The notes under the pieces: generated by a model | Told to the model about the DNA's origin: nothing | The model's database searches: none | What the model saw: the letters and a program-made list of their open reading frames with translations, nothing else | Program-made: the position numbers and the translations under genes | Shown: in pieces, positions 16,859 to 26,707 of the stretch | Layout of the letters: the number at the start of each line of letters is the position of its first letter | How positions within the stretch are numbered: the first letter of the stretch is position 1 | From: Cyclobacteriaceae bacterium SS2 | Lineage (GTDB): Bacteria > Bacteroidota > Bacteroidia > Cytophagales > Cyclobacteriaceae | Direction: 5' to 3' | DNA: 56,007 bases | NCBI GenBank assembly: GCA_019192515.1 | Contig: JAHCMM010000115.1 | Location: 1-56,007 of the forward strand

Positions 16859-19800
16859 ATGAAGAAAAAACTACTACAACTATTTTCTAAGTTGTCCAAA
16901 TATCTGTTATGCCTGATACTGATACAGTTTCTAGGTATGAGTGCATTGTGGGCAAATGATCGATCTACACAGCAGATTCAAAGTGTAAAAGAAGTCCGGT
17001 TTAATCTCGAACCGGGTAATATCCAGCTACTCGAAATCATCAATCAGATAGAGGAACAAACCGATTTTAAATTCTTTTTCGACAAAAGATATATCGACCA
17101 GAACATTAGCATCGAGATTGAGCAATCCGAAAATATTGTTGCGGATGTGCTCCTCAAAGTATCTCAGGATGCTGGATTAAAATTTAAACAGATCAACAAA
17201 ACGATCAATATTAGCAAGATCCCCGAAACGGAACCAGCTGATAATGGAAGTTTGGAAATTATCATTCAGGGCACTACGATCACGGGTCGCATTACTTCCT
17301 CTGAGGATGGTGAAGGACTCCCAGGGGTAAACGTAGTCGTGAAAGGAACTACTAATGGTACGGTGACCGATGTAGAAGGAAATTACAGATTAGATGTCCC
17401 TGATCAAAACACTATTTTGGTATTTAGCTCAGTTGGATTTACAACGCAGGAGATTGCCGTTGGGACCAGATCTGTTATCGATGCACAACTTAGTGCAGAT
17501 ACCAAGACACTTGGTGAGGTAGTGGTTACTGCACTGGGTATTTCCCGTGAGAAAGAGTCACTCGGCTATTCAGTTGGAACTGTGGACGGAGATGACTTAA
17601 ATGAGACGCCGCAGGCAAGTGTTCTCAACTCCATGCAAGGTAAGGTTGCTGGTGTACAGATCTCTCAAACATATGGCGTAAGAGGTTCTTCCATGTCCAT
17701 GGTCATTAGAGGAGCATCATCGCTAAACTCTGACAATCAGCCATTATTTGTGGTAGACGGTGTACCGATCTACAATACTTCGGACAACCTGTTCAACCAG
17801 GTGGATCTTGGTAATGCCGTGTCAGATTTGAATCCTGAGGATATAGAGTCAGTTTCAGTATTGAAAGGGCCAAGTGCTGCCGCTCTTTATGGTTCACGAG
17901 CAGGAAATGGAGTAGTACTTATTACCACTAAATCTGGTAAAGGCAAAGATCAAGGTTTAGGTGTAGACTTCAATACATCCATCATTGCAGACAATCCATA
18001 TAGATATCTTCCGGTTCAGAATGAGTTTGCTTCCGGGCAGGATGGTGCATTCATCTTTGAAAACGATGCCTATGAATTCTGGGGACCTAAGCTAGATAAT
18101 GGCTTCATAGCCCAACAAAGAAACCAGGATAGCCCAAGCGAATTGGTTTCACACGAAAACAACATCAATCGTCAGCAAGATTTTTATCAAACTGGCTGGA
18201 CGCAGGTAAATAATGTGGGGATCAATGGGAACTACGAGAAAGCAAAATTCCGTGTTTCTTTAGGTAACTACAATAACACAGGCATCATGCCGAATGTGGA
18301 TCTGAAAAAGAACAACATCGGCATAAATGGTACAATGAATCTAACAGAACATTTGGATGTCACCGTGATGACATCCCTGAGTGAGTCCAAGTCAGGCAAC
18401 AGGCCCAATACCGACGATAGTTTCCTCACTCCAACAAGAGCTATTCTAACCATAGGACCACAAGTTGACATGGCTCCTTACAGCAATCCCGCTACATGGT
18501 GGATGCCTAACCAGGAGGGTGTAGAACAACGCAGATGGAAAACAAGGTGGAACAATCCTTACCTGATGCAGGAGTTGGCAACAACTGGTTTTGATCGTAC
18601 ACAGGCGATCACTAAAATTCAAATGAGTTGGGAATTTGTTGAAAACCTTCGCTTCACTGGAAAATATTTACGAAGTCATCTAAGCCAGAGAGCCGTAAAT
18701 CAAATGCCATGGAATACCGTTGACGCTACAAAAGGAAATTTTGACATTCAAAATTCCAGCTTTAGGGAGCAAAACTGGGAAGGGCTTCTTTCTTACAACA
18801 ATACACTTATGGGAGATTTTGACCTACAGGCCAATGTGGGTGGAAACCTTCGATACAACTATAAAGAAAACCTTCAGAACTCGACAACAAACCTCGTAAT
18901 TCCAGGGCTATATACGATAAGCAACGGAGCACCTGGTTCGGTCATCTACAACAACTTTCTGAGTGAAAAGAAAGTGAACAGTGTTTTTGCACAGGCTTCC
19001 ATAGGGTTTAAAAATGTGGTCTATCTTGACCTAACCGCCAGGAATGACTGGTCAAGCACTCTCCCGAAAGAAAATCGGTCATACTTTTATCCGTCTGCGT
19101 CGCTTAGCATACTGGCAAATGAAATGTTCGAGCTGCCCGAGTGGATTGGTCTTGCTAAGCTTCGAGCCGGATATGCCCAGGTGGGAAATGATGTAGATCC
19201 TTATCAGCTTCAGAGATATTATAGTTTTGATGAGGACTGGGGATCCGTAAAAAGGGCAAGTCTGGATTTGACAGCCAAGAATGCACAGCTAAAGCCGGAA
19301 ATTGCTACATCGAAAGAAATCGGTGTTGACCTGTCCTTTTTAGATAACAGAATATCTCTGGATGCCACATACTATGTAGTTGAGAATGAAAACCAGGTAC
19401 TTGGCATTAATACGCCGATTACTTCAGGGGCTCAAAGCAAACTCATCAATGCAGGATTGGTAAAAAGTAACGGGTGGGATGTCACGCTTAATACCTCCAT
19501 TATCAGGCAAAAGGATCTTTCTTTTGATCTCGGATTGAATTTCACCAGGAATAGAACCACCATTGTAGAGCTAGCGGATGGAATTGAATATTTTGGGTAT
19601 AACAAGGGGTATGCATATTTCTATACTTATCCGGGAGATCAGGTTGGAGATATTTACCAGGCTCCTTACTTCAGAGTAGAGGACGAAAGCTCAGAGTATT
19701 ATGGGCATGCCATCATCTTTGACAATGGTAAACCTGAACGAAATAATAATCCAGACGATTTTGAGAAGATTGGAAACTACAATCCTGATTTTATCATTGG

Positions 19801-20512
19801 AATAACTCCGAATATACAATACAAGAACTTTAGCCTTGGTGCCGTTTTTGACTGGAGAGCAGGAGGGGATTTCTATTCAGAGACTTTGAGACAAGGAAAG
19901 AATGATGGAAGATTTCCGGAATCAATTAATGGAAGTGTGGATTATGACCCTAATGTAGATATCGTACAGCAAATCAAAGATAATCCTGAAAAATACTCAC
20001 ATGAATGGGTAGGCGGTAGAGATTCTGAATACGGAGGATTTGAATGGCCTACAGAGGCCCAAAGGGAAGCCAGAAGTTATATCAACGCTTCAGGAGAGAA
20101 AGTTTATGTCAATGATGCCAGTTTCGATGTCGGTGTCAGGGAAGATGGCAACGGAGGTTATATTGAGAATTTTGGAGGCCCCGGAACAATATGGCTAAGT
20201 CCGTATAATGCACAAAAGGGTGCTGACAGATACCTGGCCTCTGCTAATCTATTCAGCGCTACTTATGTGAAGTTTAGAGAGCTATCACTTACCTATCGCG
20301 TCCCTAAAGCAGTGGTTAACAAAATGAAACTGCAAAATCTATCAGTATCTCTGTTAGGTCAGAATTTGTTTATCTGGACCAAACACGATGTATTCATTGA
20401 TCCGGAAACAGCTTTTGTAAATAATAATGGTAAAAGGCAACCGGGTTATGAGTTTTATTCGGTAATTCCTTATACCCGTAGTTTCGGTTTCAAATTAAGT
20501 GTTGGGATTTAA
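16859..20512 (+). CDS. susC: SusC/RagA-family TonB-linked outer-membrane protein with an STN signalling domain
   Basis: 1217 aa. N-terminal STN domain (NLEPGNIQLLEIINQIEEQTDFKFFF). CarboxypepD_reg ITGRITSSEDGEGLPGVNVVVKGTTNGTVTDVEGNY. Plug start EVVVTALGISREKESLGYSV. Confidence 0.92.
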   Translation: MKKKLLQLFSKLSKYLLCLILIQFLGMSALWANDRSTQQIQSVKEVRFNLEPGNIQLLEIINQIEEQTDFKFFFDKRYIDQNISIEIEQSENIVADVLLKVSQDAGLKFKQINKTINISKIPETEPADNGSLEIIIQGTTITGRITSSEDGEGLPGVNVVVKGTTNGTVTDVEGNYRLDVPDQNTILVFSSVGFTTQEIAVGTRSVIDAQLSADTKTLGEVVVTALGISREKESLGYSVGTVDGDDLNETPQASVLNSMQGKVAGVQISQTYGVRGSSMSMVIRGASSLNSDNQPLFVVDGVPIYNTSDNLFNQVDLGNAVSDLNPEDIESVSVLKGPSAAALYGSRAGNGVVLITTKSGKGKDQGLGVDFNTSIIADNPYRYLPVQNEFASGQDGAFIFENDAYEFWGPKLDNGFIAQQRNQDSPSELVSHENNINRQQDFYQTGWTQVNNVGINGNYEKAKFRVSLGNYNNTGIMPNVDLKKNNIGINGTMNLTEHLDVTVMTSLSESKSGNRPNTDDSFLTPTRAILTIGPQVDMAPYSNPATWWMPNQEGVEQRRWKTRWNNPYLMQELATTGFDRTQAITKIQMSWEFVENLRFTGKYLRSHLSQRAVNQMPWNTVDATKGNFDIQNSSFREQNWEGLLSYNNTLMGDFDLQANVGGNLRYNYKENLQNSTTNLVIPGLYTISNGAPGSVIYNNFLSEKKVNSVFAQASIGFKNVVYLDLTARNDWSSTLPKENRSYFYPSASLSILANEMFELPEWIGLAKLRAGYAQVGNDVDPYQLQRYYSFDEDWGSVKRASLDLTAKNAQLKPEIATSKEIGVDLSFLDNRISLDATYYVVENENQVLGINTPITSGAQSKLINAGLVKSNGWDVTLNTSIIRQKDLSFDLGLNFTRNRTTIVELADGIEYFGYNKGYAYFYTYPGDQVGDIYQAPYFRVEDESSEYYGHAIIFDNGKPERNNNPDDFEKIGNYNPDFIIGITPNIQYKNFSLGAVFDWRAGGDFYSETLRQGKNDGRFPESINGSVDYDPNVDIVQQIKDNPEKYSHEWVGGRDSEYGGFEWPTEAQREARSYINASGEKVYVNDASFDVGVREDGNGGYIENFGGPGTIWLSPYNAQKGADRYLASANLFSATYVKFRELSLTYRVPKAVVNKMKLQNLSVSLLGQNLFIWTKHDVFIDPETAFVNNNGKRQPGYEFYSVIPYTRSFGFKLSVGI

Positions 20513-20530
20513 TCATAATAGACAACGATC

Positions 20531-22204
20531 ATGAAGAAATTAGCAATAATAATATTATCCATTACAATCATTCCATTTATCAACTCATGTAGTGATTTTG
20601 ATGAATTAAATGTAAGCCCGAATGATGTAAGTGATGTCGATCCGAGTTTTCTCTTAACTACAAATACGCGGAATTTAGCTTATACCTATAGTGAATTTGG
20701 TTATTGGGGCTCACGGATTCCTTCCCTGTTACAATATTACCAGGTCGGAGACGGGTATAAGTCAGAGGAACTAAACGCACTTTATTGGGTGCCGGGAACC
20801 AGTAGTCCGTGGGAATCTATTTACTCAAGATTAGTGAATGTTCAGGCCATGTCCGACCTTGGCGTAGAGCAGGAAAACGAATTCATTGAGGCGGCAGCTT
20901 TGGTCTATCGGGCTGTACTAATTGACCTGGCTTCAAAGGTTTATGGGGATGTTCCTTTTTCAGAAACGAACAAACTGGATGAAGGAATTGTCTTCCCTAA
21001 GTATGATGAGCAGAAGGAAATCTACGAAACTCTGTTAATTGATCTAAAAACAGCAAAGACCATGATAGAAGGTTTGGATGCTGAACTTCCCGTTTTGGAT
21101 GGATATGATCTGTTGTACAACGGAGATAAAAGTAAGTGGATAAAGTTTATCAATTCCCTCAGAATCAGGATGTGCTTGTTGTTGAACAACAAAAAAGGTG
21201 AGATGAGCGTGGATGTGGACGCGGAGTTTCAGGATGCAGTTCAAAACGTTTTCACAAGCAATGCTGATAATGCCATCTTGAATTACCTCGGAAATTCTGA
21301 AAGTACATCTTTTCGAGGAGGGCCATTTGTTGCGTCTGAGCTCACTTATGCCAGAAGAATGGGATTGACTTTCCTTAATTCTCTAAGAGATCAGGATGAT
21401 CCGAGAATGTACAGGTGGTTACGACCTGTTGAAAGGAAATGGGATGAAGGTGTGGCAACAGCGACCATGATCGAATATACGGATCCACTTGGACAATCTT
21501 TCGATGTTGAACTTTTGCCTTACCCAGCTGGCTATGTAGGTCTGGATACAAACCTCTATGTTGGATTACCTGTTGGAAACAGGGCATCGTGGACATCTTA
21601 TAATGCTGGTCCTTATGCTACCTCTGTAGAACCTAAAACGACTCCGTTCAATAGCCGTCTTAGCGATATCTATTTTCAGAACGCGAATGACTATGTTGGT
21701 ATGAATATCATCACTTATTCTGAAGTAGAATTTATTCTTGCGGAAGTAGCCTCCATTGGCGCATTTGGCGTAACTAATGCAGAGTCTCACTATAGGAATG
21801 CAATTGAGGCATCAATGAATGAATGGGGGGTATTCGATGACTACGTAGGAGGCTTTGATTTTGATGATTTCTATAGCCAGGCTTCAGTGGACCTGAGCCA
21901 GGCAGCTAATGAGCATGAGCGCATTATGACTCAGAAGTATATTTCAATGTTTTTTAGAGCAGAGCCATGGTTCGACTGGCGCAGAACGGGTTATCCGGAC
22001 TTTATAGTACCGGTTGATGCTGATCAGCCTGCTATACCTATCAGGTATCATTACGACACACCTAATCCTCCGGATCCTCAGTATGTCGATAAATACAATG
22101 AAGCTGTTGAGAGACTGGAAAAAACTGAATTTGTGAAGGTTCCTTCAAAGGATGATACCCGTTCACGAATGTGGTTATTACAGGGTACCAACTTACCTTA
22201 TTAA
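20531..22204 (+). CDS. susD: SusD/RagB-family nutrient-binding lipoprotein
   Basis: 557 aa. Lipobox INSC. Starts 18 nt after susC. TPR-like helical composition with a C-terminal W/Y-rich region. Confidence 0.8.
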   Translation: MKKLAIIILSITIIPFINSCSDFDELNVSPNDVSDVDPSFLLTTNTRNLAYTYSEFGYWGSRIPSLLQYYQVGDGYKSEELNALYWVPGTSSPWESIYSRLVNVQAMSDLGVEQENEFIEAAALVYRAVLIDLASKVYGDVPFSETNKLDEGIVFPKYDEQKEIYETLLIDLKTAKTMIEGLDAELPVLDGYDLLYNGDKSKWIKFINSLRIRMCLLLNNKKGEMSVDVDAEFQDAVQNVFTSNADNAILNYLGNSESTSFRGGPFVASELTYARRMGLTFLNSLRDQDDPRMYRWLRPVERKWDEGVATATMIEYTDPLGQSFDVELLPYPAGYVGLDTNLYVGLPVGNRASWTSYNAGPYATSVEPKTTPFNSRLSDIYFQNANDYVGMNIITYSEVEFILAEVASIGAFGVTNAESHYRNAIEASMNEWGVFDDYVGGFDFDDFYSQASVDLSQAANEHERIMTQKYISMFFRAEPWFDWRRTGYPDFIVPVDADQPAIPIRYHYDTPNPPDPQYVDKYNEAVERLEKTEFVKVPSKDDTRSRMWLLQGTNLPY

Positions 22205-22253
22205 GTAGAACCAGATCTAAAAACAACAAAGTATAAATTTTAAAGAAGTTTAA

Positions 22254-23270
22254 ATGGAGTGGAGTCGAAGAAAGTTTATTAGTACGGGGATTGCAGGATC
22301 TCTTGGTGTTTTCAGTATCAGTGCAGGCATCAAATGGCCAGGTGGTACACGAAAATTACCCGGAGGGTTTTGGCCAGTCATGATGACACCCTTTAATAAG
22401 GATTTATCTATAGATTATACCGGATTAAAGGAATTAATCAGCTGGTATGAAGCAGCTGGAGCTCAAGGATTGTTTGCCAATTGCGCTTCGAGCGAAATGT
22501 ATCAGCTCAGTCCTAAGGAACGCATCGACTTGACTCAATTTGTTGTGAAACATTCAAATGTCCCGGTAGTTTCTACCGGGACATTTACTGATGATGTAGA
22601 AGAAAATGTTGGATTCATCAAGAAGATCCATGATACCGGAGTAGCTGCTGTGGTCATCATCCCTTCAGTCATTGTAGGGAAAGAAAAAGATGAGGCAGCC
22701 ATGATGAATCATTTTGGAGAACTGGTCAGTAAAACCTCAGATATTCCACTAGGCATTTATGAGTGTCCCAGCCCATATCGTCGATTGATAGAGCCTGAGA
22801 AACTGAAACAATTGACCAGGTCAGACAGATTTTTATACTTTAAAGACACCTCATGCGATGAATTGCTGGTTGAAGAGAAAATAAAGGTTTCAGCCAAATC
22901 AAGCTTGGGAATTTACAATGCCCACTCACCGGATGTATTACACTCAATCCGTCATGGAGGAGCTGGGATCTCCTGTATTGCCGGCAATTTCTATCCTGAG
23001 TTATTTTCCTATTTATGGAAAGAAGGCAGGACGGAAACAGTTTCGCCCTCGGTAAAAAAGGTCAACGATTTTGTGCTTGCCAATGATCCGGTAATCAGTA
23101 AAAAATATTCCATTGCAGCAAAATACTTTATGAAATTAAGAGGGCTTCCTGTAACCGTAGCTAGCAGAAAAAGTAAGCAGGTACTGGATGCTTCAGATAA
23201 AGACCGTTTGGATCAGCTTTGGAACGAACTGCGCGAATTAGGTGAGGGCCAGAATATCGAGATCGTATAA
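22254..23270 (+). CDS. DHDPS / N-acetylneuraminate-lyase-family class I aldolase with a twin-arginine signal peptide
   Basis: 338 aa. N-terminus MEWSRRKFISTGIAGSLGVFSISAG matches the S-R-R-x-F-L/I Tat consensus plus an h-region. The fold then starts at VMMTPFNKDLSIDY. The Schiff-base lysine context is YFKDTS. Confidence 0.75.
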   Translation: MEWSRRKFISTGIAGSLGVFSISAGIKWPGGTRKLPGGFWPVMMTPFNKDLSIDYTGLKELISWYEAAGAQGLFANCASSEMYQLSPKERIDLTQFVVKHSNVPVVSTGTFTDDVEENVGFIKKIHDTGVAAVVIIPSVIVGKEKDEAAMMNHFGELVSKTSDIPLGIYECPSPYRRLIEPEKLKQLTRSDRFLYFKDTSCDELLVEEKIKVSAKSSLGIYNAHSPDVLHSIRHGGAGISCIAGNFYPELFSYLWKEGRTETVSPSVKKVNDFVLANDPVISKKYSIAAKYFMKLRGLPVTVASRKSKQVLDASDKDRLDQLWNELRELGEGQNIEIV

Positions 23271-23303
23271 ATCCGGTCAAATACAGTATAAATCTCATAG
23301 TGG

Positions 23304-24575
23304 CTATTGAATTACTTCGAGCACCTTTTCCATGTGCATACTTCGCGATCCTTTGATTAAGAGATTGCCGTCCGGAATGGGATTGGAAACCAGGTGTTTT
23401 TGAACCGCATCCACATTTTCAAACCATTCGGAGTTGGACATTACAGCTGATGCATGTTTCATCTCCGGACCCACCAGACACACGGAGTCGAAATCAAAGC
23501 CATTGAGTTCGGCGCCAAATTGCCTGTGTCTTTGGTCGGAATTCTCCAGCTCCTTCATGTCACCAAGGATCACATGCTTTGGTCCATTCAGTCGGTTAAA
23601 ACTTTCCAAAGCCGCCTGCATGGAAGTCGGGTTGGCATTGTAGGCATCCAGGATGATCTTCAGCTTTCCTCTTTCTATCACCTGGGATCGTTGGTTTGAG
23701 GAAACATAATCTGATATGGCGGATGCAATTGATACATCGTCCACACCGAAGTAGCGTCCCACAGAAACGGAGGCGGCAATATTTTGAAAATTATAGGCCC
23801 CAATGAGCTGGGTAATCACCTCCTTGCCCCCCATTGAAAACTTAATGTAAGGATTTGCGCTGGTCAATTTGACATCGTCTGCTGGATAGTGTTCAGGGTT
23901 TTCGAATCGTTTGATCATATTGTTCAATACACGGTCCTGCAGATTAATGAATGGAGTACCCCCGGCTTTTCGTAGGTGGTCAAACAATTCACTCTTACCC
24001 CTGATCACACCTTCGATACCTCCAAAACCTTCCGTATGGGCCTCTCCGATGTTGGTGATCAATCCGTATTCGGGATCTGCGATACCACATAGCTCAGCAA
24101 TGTCTCCCACTTTATTGGCTCCCATTTCTATCACTGCCATCTCGGTTTCTGCTGGTATAGAAAGTAAGGTAAGCGGAACCCCAATGTGATTGTTGAGATT
24201 GCCTTTGGTGCCAATGGTAGAATATTTTTTCGTTAGTACCCGAACCAAAAGTTCTTTGGTGGTGGTTTTGCCATTTGATCCGGTCAAGGCAAATACTTTT
24301 CCTTTGAAATGCTTTCTGTGATGATTGGCGAGTTCTTGTAGTGCCTGGAGGGTATTTTCCACCAGAATGGTCTGTGGATGATCAGCAAAAGAGGAGTCAT
24401 CGACCACGGCATATTTGGCTCCGTTTCCGATGGCTTGCAAAGCATATTTGTTACCATTGAAATTAGGTCCGGTCAGGGCAAAGAACATGTTCCCGGATTG
24501 TATGGATCGGGTATCGGTAGAAACACCAGTAGATTCCAGAAATTTGCTGTAGAGAGATTCCATCAAATTGGCCAT
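23304..24575 (-). CDS. murF: UDP-N-acetylmuramoyl-tripeptide--D-alanyl-D-alanine ligase
   Basis: VSTDTRSIQSGNMFFAL, GSNGKTTTKE (P-loop), DAYNANP. The start is taken at MANLMESLY (24575). The track ORF extends to 24608. Confidence 0.88.
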   Translation of the reverse strand: MANLMESLYSKFLESTGVSTDTRSIQSGNMFFALTGPNFNGNKYALQAIGNGAKYAVVDDSSFADHPQTILVENTLQALQELANHHRKHFKGKVFALTGSNGKTTTKELLVRVLTKKYSTIGTKGNLNNHIGVPLTLLSIPAETEMAVIEMGANKVGDIAELCGIADPEYGLITNIGEAHTEGFGGIEGVIRGKSELFDHLRKAGGTPFINLQDRVLNNMIKRFENPEHYPADDVKLTSANPYIKFSMGGKEVITQLIGAYNFQNIAASVSVGRYFGVDDVSIASAISDYVSSNQRSQVIERGKLKIILDAYNANPTSMQAALESFNRLNGPKHVILGDMKELENSDQRHRQFGAELNGFDFDSVCLVGPEMKHASAVMSNSEWFENVDAVQKHLVSNPIPDGNLLIKGSRSMHMEKVLEVIQ

Positions 24576-24592
24576 ATTGCAAATATATCCCA

Positions 24593-24970
24593 ATGAATTC
24601 CAAAGCAATTATTTTGATTCAGGCACTGGACGATGTGCAGCAATATGACTTTGACTATCCTCTGGAAAAGCAGTTAAAAGCGCTGAAAAATACCACAGTA
24701 CTGACCCTGGATAGTCAGTCAGACCGTTCTATCACTGCATCCGTAAAAAAGCTTTTGGAGGAAAATGATCAAAAGATATTGATCCTGGATACCAGACTAT
24801 CCACAAAGCTTGGGATAGGGCAAGTGATCCTAAATGCATTTATTCAAACAAAAGACCTTGGTCTGATTTGTCTGGGAGATGCTAAAGGTGCAGGGCCTTT
24901 TCTAAAGCTGTTTGATGGGAAAGTTTTTGAATCGGAGGCCGAGGTGGTAGCCTATCTCAGCTCAAATTGA
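24593..24970 (+). CDS. hypothetical protein
   Basis: 125 aa and the only ORF covering 24609-24951. No motif recognised. Confidence 0.4.
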   Translation: MNSKAIILIQALDDVQQYDFDYPLEKQLKALKNTTVLTLDSQSDRSITASVKKLLEENDQKILILDTRLSTKLGIGQVILNAFIQTKDLGLICLGDAKGAGPFLKLFDGKVFESEAEVVAYLSSN

Positions 24971-25740
24971 TCGGCATCTTTTTGAAAAGGATACTTTGTC
25001 CTGAATTCTTCAAGCTCGGACCTGTCCAGCGTTACGGTCATGATATCCTCTTTAGTCGAAAAAGCCATTTCCTCTCCCCGGAAGTTATAGGCAGCAGAAT
25101 GTCCCGGATAATGAGCTCCGGTGGCGTCTGTTCCTATTCTATTTACCCCTATGCTGTAGCTAAGGTTTTCAATGGCGCGTGCACTCAAAAGGGTATTCCA
25201 GGCGTGGATCCTTGGTGCGGGCCAGTTTGCCAGGTAAAAGATCAGGTCATATTCGTAGGGATTGTCATCCTGCTTTTTAGACCGGGCCCAGATAGGGAAT
25301 CTAAGGTCATAGCAGATCCGGGTCCTGATTTTCCATCCCTTCAACTCAAAGATCAGATCTTTGTGGTCTGTGGTATATGAAGCGCCCTCTCCTCCCGGAG
25401 TAAACAAATGTTTTTTGTTGTAATAAGTAGTGGTTCCATCAGGAGATACCACCAATAGCCTGTTATAGAATTCGCTTTTTTCGGCGATCACACAACTGCC
25501 AGCCACTACAGCATTGCGCTGGGCAGCTATCATTCGCATCCAGTTGTGAGTCTTGCCATTCATGAGTTCAGCCACAGGCTTTGGTTTCATGGTAAAACCC
25601 GTGGTAAACATTTCAGGAAGCAGGATCAGATCAGTTTCTTCTTTGATCCCCCAGATCAGCTCCTCATAATGTGCAAGATTAGCATCAATGTTTTCCCAAA
25701 CGATATCCGACTGTACGAGACTGACCTTGAGGTTTTCCAT
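24952..25740 (-). CDS. carbon-nitrogen hydrolase (nitrilase-superfamily amidohydrolase, omega-amidase-like)
   Basis: 262 aa. Catalytic triad contexts LPEMFTTGF (Glu), YNKKHLF (Lys) and RICYDLRFP (Cys). Confidence 0.85.
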   Translation of the reverse strand: MENLKVSLVQSDIVWENIDANLAHYEELIWGIKEETDLILLPEMFTTGFTMKPKPVAELMNGKTHNWMRMIAAQRNAVVAGSCVIAEKSEFYNRLLVVSPDGTTTYYNKKHLFTPGGEGASYTTDHKDLIFELKGWKIRTRICYDLRFPIWARSKKQDDNPYEYDLIFYLANWPAPRIHAWNTLLSARAIENLSYSIGVNRIGTDATGAHYPGHSAAYNFRGEEMAFSTKEDIMTVTLDRSELEEFRTKYPFQKDADQFELR

Positions 25741-26297
25741 TATCTTTTGAGTGCCAGTGGAGCTTTGATTTTGTATTCTGTATCTACTTTTCCTTTGCTG
25801 ATATTGGCCAGTTTACCTTTGATCAAACGTTTTTTGAAGGCTGAGAGGTAATCAGTGAATAAAATCCCTTCAATGTGGTCATATTCATGCTGGATGATCC
25901 TCGCCTGGATCCCATCAAACGTTTCTTCGTGCAGGTTCCAGTCTTCATCAAAATATTCAATGACGATCTTAGGTTCCCGCTTCACATCCTCTCTGATGCC
26001 AGGAATACTGAGACATCCCTCTTCAAAATCCCATGGATCACCTGTGCTCTCCAGGATTTGAGGATTGATAAAAGCCTGCTTGCGACCTTCTCCCTCCTTT
26101 TCCTCAATAGGGTCGCTATCGATGACAAATAATCTCAATGACTTCCCGATTTGAGGAGCTGCCAATCCCACTCCCGAAGCATGGTACATGGTTTCAAACA
26201 TATCGTTGACCAGCTCTTTGATGTCCTCACCTTCAGTTATCTCTTCGGTTTTCTTTTTTAAGACCGGGTCACCGTATAAAACTATTGGATATATCAT
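25740..26297 (-). CDS. def: peptide deformylase
   Basis: 185 aa. GVGLAAPQIG, EGCLSIPG, QHEYDHIEG. Confidence 0.95.
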   Translation of the reverse strand: MIYPIVLYGDPVLKKKTEEITEGEDIKELVNDMFETMYHASGVGLAAPQIGKSLRLFVIDSDPIEEKEGEGRKQAFINPQILESTGDPWDFEEGCLSIPGIREDVKREPKIVIEYFDEDWNLHEETFDGIQARIIQHEYDHIEGILFTDYLSAFKKRLIKGKLANISKGKVDTEYKIKAPLALKR

Positions 26298-26707
26298 GCT
26301 TTTGATGCTAAGTAAGATTGTAAAATGATCGTTGCGCTCACCTTGTCAATGTTTCCCTTATCTCTCCGATCTTTTTTCTTGCTACCTGCCACAATCATTG
26401 AGTCCAGTGCCATCTTGGAAGTGAACCTTTCGTCATGCAAAAATAGCGGCTTATCAGGAAACAGCTTTTTGAATTGATCAGTTGCTTTTACCACCAGTTG
26501 CGTAGCATTAGTATCTGATCCATCGGGTTTGGTAGGCCAGCCAAAAACGACTTCCTGCACATCCTCCTTACTGAAGTAATCTTTTAAAAAATCCATCAAC
26601 TGTGACGAGGCAACGGTTGTGAGGGGACTGGCAATAATACAAAGGGGGTCTGTTACTGCGATACCGGTTCTTTTCCCTCCATAGTCGACTGCAAGAATCC
26701 TTGCCAT
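26294..26707 (-). CDS. ruvX: Holliday-junction-resolvase-like / pre-16S rRNA nuclease YqgF
   Basis: 137 aa. ILAVDYGGKRTGIAV and DERFTS. Confidence 0.9.
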   Translation of the reverse strand: MARILAVDYGGKRTGIAVTDPLCIIASPLTTVASSQLMDFLKDYFSKEDVQEVVFGWPTKPDGSDTNATQLVVKATDQFKKLFPDKPLFLHDERFTSKMALDSMIVAGSKKKDRRDKGNIDKVSATIILQSYLASKA

